Made by a program: the position numbers and the translations under genes
Part shown: in pieces, positions 57,791 to 64,000 of the stretch
Layout of the letters: each line of letters starts with the position of its first letter
How positions within the stretch are numbered: the stretch's first letter is position 1
Assembly (NCBI GenBank): GCA_977862235.1
Contig: OZ374559.1
Span: forward strand, 1,116,001 to 1,180,000
Length of the DNA: 64,000 bases
Source of the DNA: Dudresnaya verticillata
Taxonomy: Eukaryota
Direction of reading: 5' to 3'
Notes under the pieces: generated by a model
What the model saw: the letters and a program-made list of their open reading frames with translations, nothing else
Databases searched by the model: none
What the model was told of the DNA's origin: nothing

Positions 57791-60654
57791 GTTTGAGTAC
57801 TTAATTTTGAGCCGGTCGAAGAATGTCTTGTCAGAGTGATTCCGTAGTACGGTCCCAGCTTGTTGAGTGTGACTGAGGTTGTGTGTTCACAGGCTGATAT
57901 CTGAAGGATTCTTTGTAGCTGTCTGATGACGGCTTGGCTTCTATATTCTCCCCTTGGTTTAGTTCAGGCCGACTATTGTATCCGTTCAGCTCCCGATGCT
58001 GCTGAAACTGTAAAAGTTGAAGCCCAGTTCTCATGATCGTTGCAAATTGAGTCAATGTATGAACCTTTTATCGTTTACTAGTATACATTTTTCCTTCCGA
58101 CGGAGAAGACATACCTATGCTCGTTGATCGTATCCCGAATGCAGCGAGCAATTCAAATCCATTATCGTCTTCAAGTCGTCGAATCTCTGGAGAGAGCGGA
58201 ACTGAGATATGTGAAGATCACGCATAATTCCTGCCGCATGCGGTCCATTCAGAATGTCGAGCTATTTTGAACGCAGCTCCACCCTTTGTTAAGACCCTAT
58301 CGGGGAGGCAGAAAAGGTATAATGTTATGTTATGCAAACGGTGTATGTAGTTGGAATACTTATCAGACACCCTGTTCGTAGTCCTCGAAATGCTGTGATT
58401 CTCGCAAAATATGTATTACATGAGAAGAATGGGGAATTGTCATGTTCTAGATAGTTTATTCGGGTAAGTAGCAAGTTCAAGGTGAGCCAGCACCGGCGAA
58501 GTATTGCAAGAGACAAAAGATGCTTCCGCTGGACGATTGAGCATACCATGCCCTCGGATCCTTCCTGATACACTTCCGCGAATCGGAGACGACGAATAAG
58601 ACCTGTGTACTGCTCCGGACTATACCCTTGTTGTTTTGGGTGCTAGAATCGCGAGATTGGATCGTTCGAGTTCGACAGCAGGCTATCCCTCAAGCGTGCA
58701 CACACAAGATTCTGCCTTTATCTTAATTGGAAGGAGTGAAATCTAGGTGCTATGCTCAAGGGCTAGGACGGAAATAGGGAGATGGTACTGAATGCCCAGA
58801 GATATTCAGAGATATGCAGAGATATTCTCCAATATTGCCAGTATAGAGATTCATGTGCAAATCAACCACGGAGGCGCCACGCTTGACTAGATATTTCGCA
58901 GTCGTGAGGTAATTTCTGACGACCTGCTTCCAGAGTAAGGCAGTGATTGCCTATGGTTTCGATGGCATCTAAACATGGAAAAGTTTTCCTGTTTCCGATA
59001 ACAGAATATGGGGTACCTGAAGAACTCTCTTGGAAGATAGGCTAGATGATGATAATGACAGGAACGCTTGCGGGATTGCCAAGAACCTATTTCTACGGTT
59101 TCGATGCTCTCGTGACGCACCGCCACCAAGAAGTCTCAAGCTATCTTCCGGAGCGAAATTGCAGAAAGCAGAGCTACATCCGTTCAATATAGCCCCAGAT
59201 TTCTTGTACTATTGAAAACTGTTAAACCCCTTTGCATAGCTGTTCTGAGAATGCCAGAAAGCAAATCTCTGGGATATGCAGGATGCTGTACAACAGAGAG
59301 ATGTACTTTCCACACAAGTAAAATTGGAACTGCACTTACTACAGCTCGTAGGCTGTTAGTACATATGACCTCTCAACATTTCAACGTGACACAGTAAAAT
59401 GTAAGCGTAGCGCTATGGTAGGCAGGCGAATGCGTCAGGGCTTTTAGGAGGCTTGAAACCGAGTCCTTTTAGGGCTCTCGTCAGGCCTTTTTCGAGGAAA
59501 GCTGCCTACTGGTACGAAGCCACGAAGCATACACTAATTGGAAGCAAGCGGAATCCTCAATAAGATCTGCATTGTTATATTCTGTATGCCTTTCTCATTC
59601 AAAGAGGTTTGCGAAGTTTGTCCGAGAAGGACCGAACAGGATGCGCATGAAGATAAACATCGAGTACTTCTGAGCAAAGCACATACCCTGATGAAACATA
59701 ATGTTTAGGTTCTAGCTACTGATTTTGAAGCGCACTCTATCCGCTTCATCTGTTTGAGTACTGCTGCATATAATATTGCTATCGGTGCTGTTAAGACCTG
59801 TGACGTTTCAGTACGAAAGCGCGTACTCCACACTCTTCCCGACGATTGACAGGTAGAACCAGCTTTCATGGTGTGCCTTACTTACTTACTTACGCACTGG
59901 TAGGCCATGAATAGTCGCTCCCACAAATACCCCAAGGGCATCCAACGATTTGGAGGCTACAAAGTAGGAATGGTAGGCAAGGTACTGCGCGAGAAAAAGC
60001 CTTCTTAGTCGATCTCTGGGAAACTTAATTCAAACCGTACGAATACCATCAATGGTGATGGCGTATTGTTTGCTGTTGTTTGAGGAGTTGTGTACTGCGC
60101 GGGCAGCTAGGGACCGTTTACAGTCACACCTTCACCAGGTGTGCGGTAGAACAGCGGGAAGATATTGTGCCGTCATGTGTATGTGCATGTGTTTAGCAGA
60201 GAAGTGTGGAATGTAGTTAATCATACTTACAACTTTCTTTCTCGAAGTAAAGCTGACTTCCGCAATGAGATGGAATTGGTTGCATGCTTTTATTGGAAAG
60301 AATGAAGCAGACCTAACGCAAGGCTGCATTTATTCAGAAATTTGTCGCCATCAAACCGAAAGTACGGCTGTGCCGTTGGTTACGATTGGTTTGAAACAGG
60401 GAGTGTCACAGATTTCTACTGCAGGCGTCCTTTTGAATGTTTAAAAGAGGAAGAGTTATTGCGTCTTCATAGTTCTATTCGGCCCTGACAATGGCATTCG
60501 ATGCATTGTTTAATACGGCTCTCTCAGGAAAGGGCCCTCTTCTCACTGAGTCACTCGCTCTCTTAGCGCCCTGCATCTTACTAGGGTTTTTGTATTGTGC
60601 CCTATTATGCTGTTTTTATCGTTTATCACCTCAGTTCCCGTCTTGCACTTACAC

Positions 60655-62200
60655 CCTCGTCGCCACTAGTGGACACAGTTTGTGTTTCCAGTGACCATAG
60701 TTTTGCTCGTGTCAGGTGTAGCTACCGTACAGTTCAAGAGATCTGAGCAATTCGTTCGTCACCAAAGCTACACGATAGAGGAAAGAGCTTTGCAATTTTG
60801 CTCTGAAAGCCCAGTCCTCAGATTACACACTCAGAGACATTGCTGAGCTGGCTGAACTTCTGATGTCTGCTGTTAACCTTCACATTGGTCTTGAGACGCA
60901 GCCTTCTGTAGGGGCAACTTACGTCAACTCTTATTAACATGCTTCGCAAGATCTTTATACTCAAAACGACAGCTCTCCTTTTACACCCATCATAATGTTT
61001 AGCTTTCGGGGCAGGACCCGCGTCGTGAATCTCGATACTTCTTGTGTCACACGATTCGGAGAGCTTTGTTTATAAAAGAAAAGTAACACTCAATGGCAAG
61101 AAAATAGCAACACCCTGGGCGTTTAGAGAGAACACCACATCTTCGATCTGGGCCAACTTATTCGTACCCATTTTCCTGAAACGATGTCACCACGTTGAGA
61201 ATGCTCCAGATAAAAGCCACCATTTCAGGAGGACTATGGAATGCCGGAGCCATGTTGGTGGTACCTATATGGCTCAAATCTGTAAGGTCTACAGCAAAAT
61301 ATCTCCATCTTGTCTTGCTATACGCCCAGGCAGATATTCTAATCTCACAATGTAACTGAGTTTCCCCATGATGGCTTCGACAGATTTGTAATTACTTGTT
61401 AAGCTGCAATGATGGCCATCCTGCAATATCTTGAATCCTGGAGTTCCCGCCACTCTTTCCCTTTTCAATAGCAGATACATCGGCTGGATATATCTCGCGT
61501 CATCTCTAGTACAAAGCAGAATCTGGAAGGTATGTTCGTTGATCAATAGGAGGGCATTATGAGAAATATAGCCTAATTCAACCAGTTACTTCCAACACAA
61601 AAACGATCTACTTCATTTGATCCCATCCCTTTGCATGGTTTACTTCACAACCCGGCCGTAACTGGTCTCGAAGTCGTACATGACCCTCATTTCCTTTTCC
61701 AGATAAAGCTAAGACGGGCTTAGTTGCCGCGATTTTTCGAGCTTTGTATCCCCTTATTTATTGTGTTTTAGTGGTTCTGCGAGAACCGTACTCATCTCGT
61801 GATCTGTGGCGACTGTTAGTGTGTATATCTCCAAAAGTATACTTTCTAAGACAAAAATAATTCGGTGCATCTGAAGCAACAATGTGCCCATGACCTCAAG
61901 ACTGATGTTGTTTAAGAACATGCGAGATTCGGTGAATTTCAAACAACTTCAACAACTCGTCTGACCCAAAGTATCTTATTATCTGAATGTTTCAGGACAG
62001 CTCTGGAACGCTGCACAAAAACCGTTCCCGGCTTCCACGACTATATCCGAATGTTCTCACTCCCCCAGCACAATTCTACACGTGAAATACAATAGAGATT
62101 GTTTTGAATATGCGAGATTCAAGTTCCCCAAACAGAGCCACCAATCATACAGATATATTCAGATCTTTCAAGACCTTACTACTCAGAAGGAATTATCAGC
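60655..62200 (-). pseudogene. Decayed coding sequence of unknown family, copy 2
   Basis: Colinear with 52245-53876 (YTLTVATDHEMSTVL vs YTLTVPTDHEMTMVL). Confidence 0.55.
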
Positions 62201-62710
62201 TTAATGCAGGTAAACTAATAACCACAACCATAATATCATCTGTAGCACAGCAACGTCTTCGAATAAACACGTGTCAGTTTGCCGCATTATCTAGTCTAAC
62301 ACACACAAATCTACAAGGTTTATCGCTTATCTCCAGTCAGGGAGGGGAGTCGTAGATGCTCAAGGGGAAAGGCTTTTCAGTTTGTGTCTCGATGCGTCTA
62401 CACTGGTGAAAAGACCTTACTGGGGATAGCGAGCCCTGCCGCGCGTCCTGAAGCAGCAACAACCCTATACAACTTCTACCCGAAAGGAGTTTCTACGGGT
62501 CTGTGCAACTTTTAGCACTATATTTGGCACTGCACTGTTTGGGGCTGAACCATATGGTGTTACCAAATTTAGAGGCTCTGGAGGGGATATAAGCACTACA
62601 GTCCAGCTTAGACAACCCCTCCGTCTCCTCTAAGTTCTTTCCTTCGTTCTCAAGATACTTTCGAACAAAGGATTTGCGTCCCGTTGGACAGGTGAACCGC
62701 TCAGACCTCA

Positions 62711-63296
62711 ATGACCGACCAAAATGTACGCGAAACAGCCACCTCCGTCTCTGTCTCGCCCCCGTCATCTGGTGACTATGTTGATTTTTTTAATATTCCG
62801 CTGGCTGCCGGTATGGTTGGCCGCAAGGAATTGTGGCCGCGTTCCAGCCTCGTTCTACCGAATGAGGTCGGATATTTCAAGCCCGAAACGACACTGTACT
62901 TGAAGACCTTCCGAAAGGACCGTCGCAACGCAAAGGAACTCGAGTACATCCATTCAGCGGGTTGGTGGCTGGAGCAGTGCAAGGCTGCTCTCGAACTCAT
63001 CAAAGCGGACTCGGATCCAGAGAAACAGTCCCGCTTGCTGGGCCTCATCGAAGAAGGTCTCGGTGGTGCCAAAGAGGTTCTGGCGATGCGAACTGCACAC
63101 TTTCAGACTGTTCTCAGCAAAGGACAGAGCCAGGCCAACCAAATTGCGGAGCTCGTCGAGACTCGTGTTGAGGCCAAGCGCCATCAGGTGCCCTCGGACG
63201 CCTACTCAGATGTATATGAAGAGCTTTCTGCCAAATATATCATCGAAACTGCTAAGTGTCTGGCTAAGGATGCTACTAACGGTAGCAAAAAGCCAG
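62711..63296 (+). CDS. Helical ORF of unknown function, truncated by an LTR insertion (possibly ORF1/gag-like of another retroelement)
   Basis: Clean 195-codon frame running into the LTR at 63297; GATATAAG at ~62585; no recognisable catalytic motif. Confidence 0.5.
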
Positions 63297-64000
63297 TGTG
63301 GTATAGACGCTATCCGTGAAATGACTCCGGGATCTACGTGAAAAGAACCGAGAAATACGAATTTCAAAGTGACTTCGTGAATGCGCACGCCACGATGGCA
63401 CACGTATTACAGAGCGCATACCGCGCGCGCGCCACGATGGCATACGCATTACAGCACGCACGTGATACGAAATCGCTGACACCTCCGGATGAATCCCGAT
63501 CCGACTTCGTGATCGCGCGCGCCACGATGGCATTCGCATTACAGCGCGCACCCGATACGAAATCGCTGACACCTTCGTGACTTTCCCGTTGTTTCCCGCG
63601 CGTAACGGCACCGGGGCCCACGAGACACGCGCACCTCCGTATGCATCGCTGGCGCACTTCGCAACCGCCACCATACGTGAGGCGACCGTTCGTTGGCACC
63701 GAGGCCGTTACGAATCATTCGAGTACGAACCGTCTCCCGCGTTGACGCGCATTCGTGCTCACGTAGTACTACTTAGTAGCCAGTCGTCTGGCACAACCTC
63801 CGAGGGTTCCCGATAAGCGACTAGCGCCCGGACCTCGGAGTCTTCGGTAAACGCTGTTTCTTCGAGATCGGTTTCTTCGTCTTCGTGACTGCGGATACGG
63901 TCGAGCCTCGCTTTCGATAGCCTCGCGCACCCGGAGTTATCCCCGGTGATCGATCGCTCGAGTTCTCCCTTCCGCACACAAATACGTTGACACCGTGGTC
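63297..64000 (+). mobile_element. LTR of the element C family (5' or solo), runs off the window end
   Basis: Starts TGTGGTATAGACGCTATCC; reverse complement of 19705-20317 / 31525-32256. Confidence 0.95.

Noticed and set aside
57900..60600. Short ORFs and a GTTCGA B-box-like word near 58663
   Set aside because: No cloverleaf and no coherent coding signal could be supported.

Overview
This is eukaryotic, transposon-dense nuclear DNA, most likely from a florideophyte red alga. That assignment is an inference from the intronless secreted-protein families, the TE repertoire and a tRNA with an ectopic intron. The left half (1-33 kb) is a nest of elements: two inverted, decayed copies of one Ty3/Gypsy chromovirus family (A: 1-2316 +; B: ~3579-16292 -), and a pogo/Tc1-type DNA transposon (17343-33000, TIRs, TA TSD). 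The transposase is split by a solo LTR and by a near-complete second chromovirus (C: 19566-32256 -). B and C each carry a large antisense ORF in their 3' region, and the two ORFs share a weak motif pattern. The right half holds host genes: three paralogous secreted proteins (two form an ~837-bp inverted, near-identical pair), a two-domain secreted protein, a divergent histone H3, and a tRNA-Asp(GTC) with an 11-nt D-loop insertion. It is peppered with more than 10 5'-truncated non-LTR retrotransposon ends, most with readable 9-13-bp TSDs. They fall into CRE/RLE-type ends with (TC)n or TGA-type tails, and a second family inserting at CACTG with a covarying 3' stem-loop. All calls were made by eye. 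No searches were run and identities are visual estimates.
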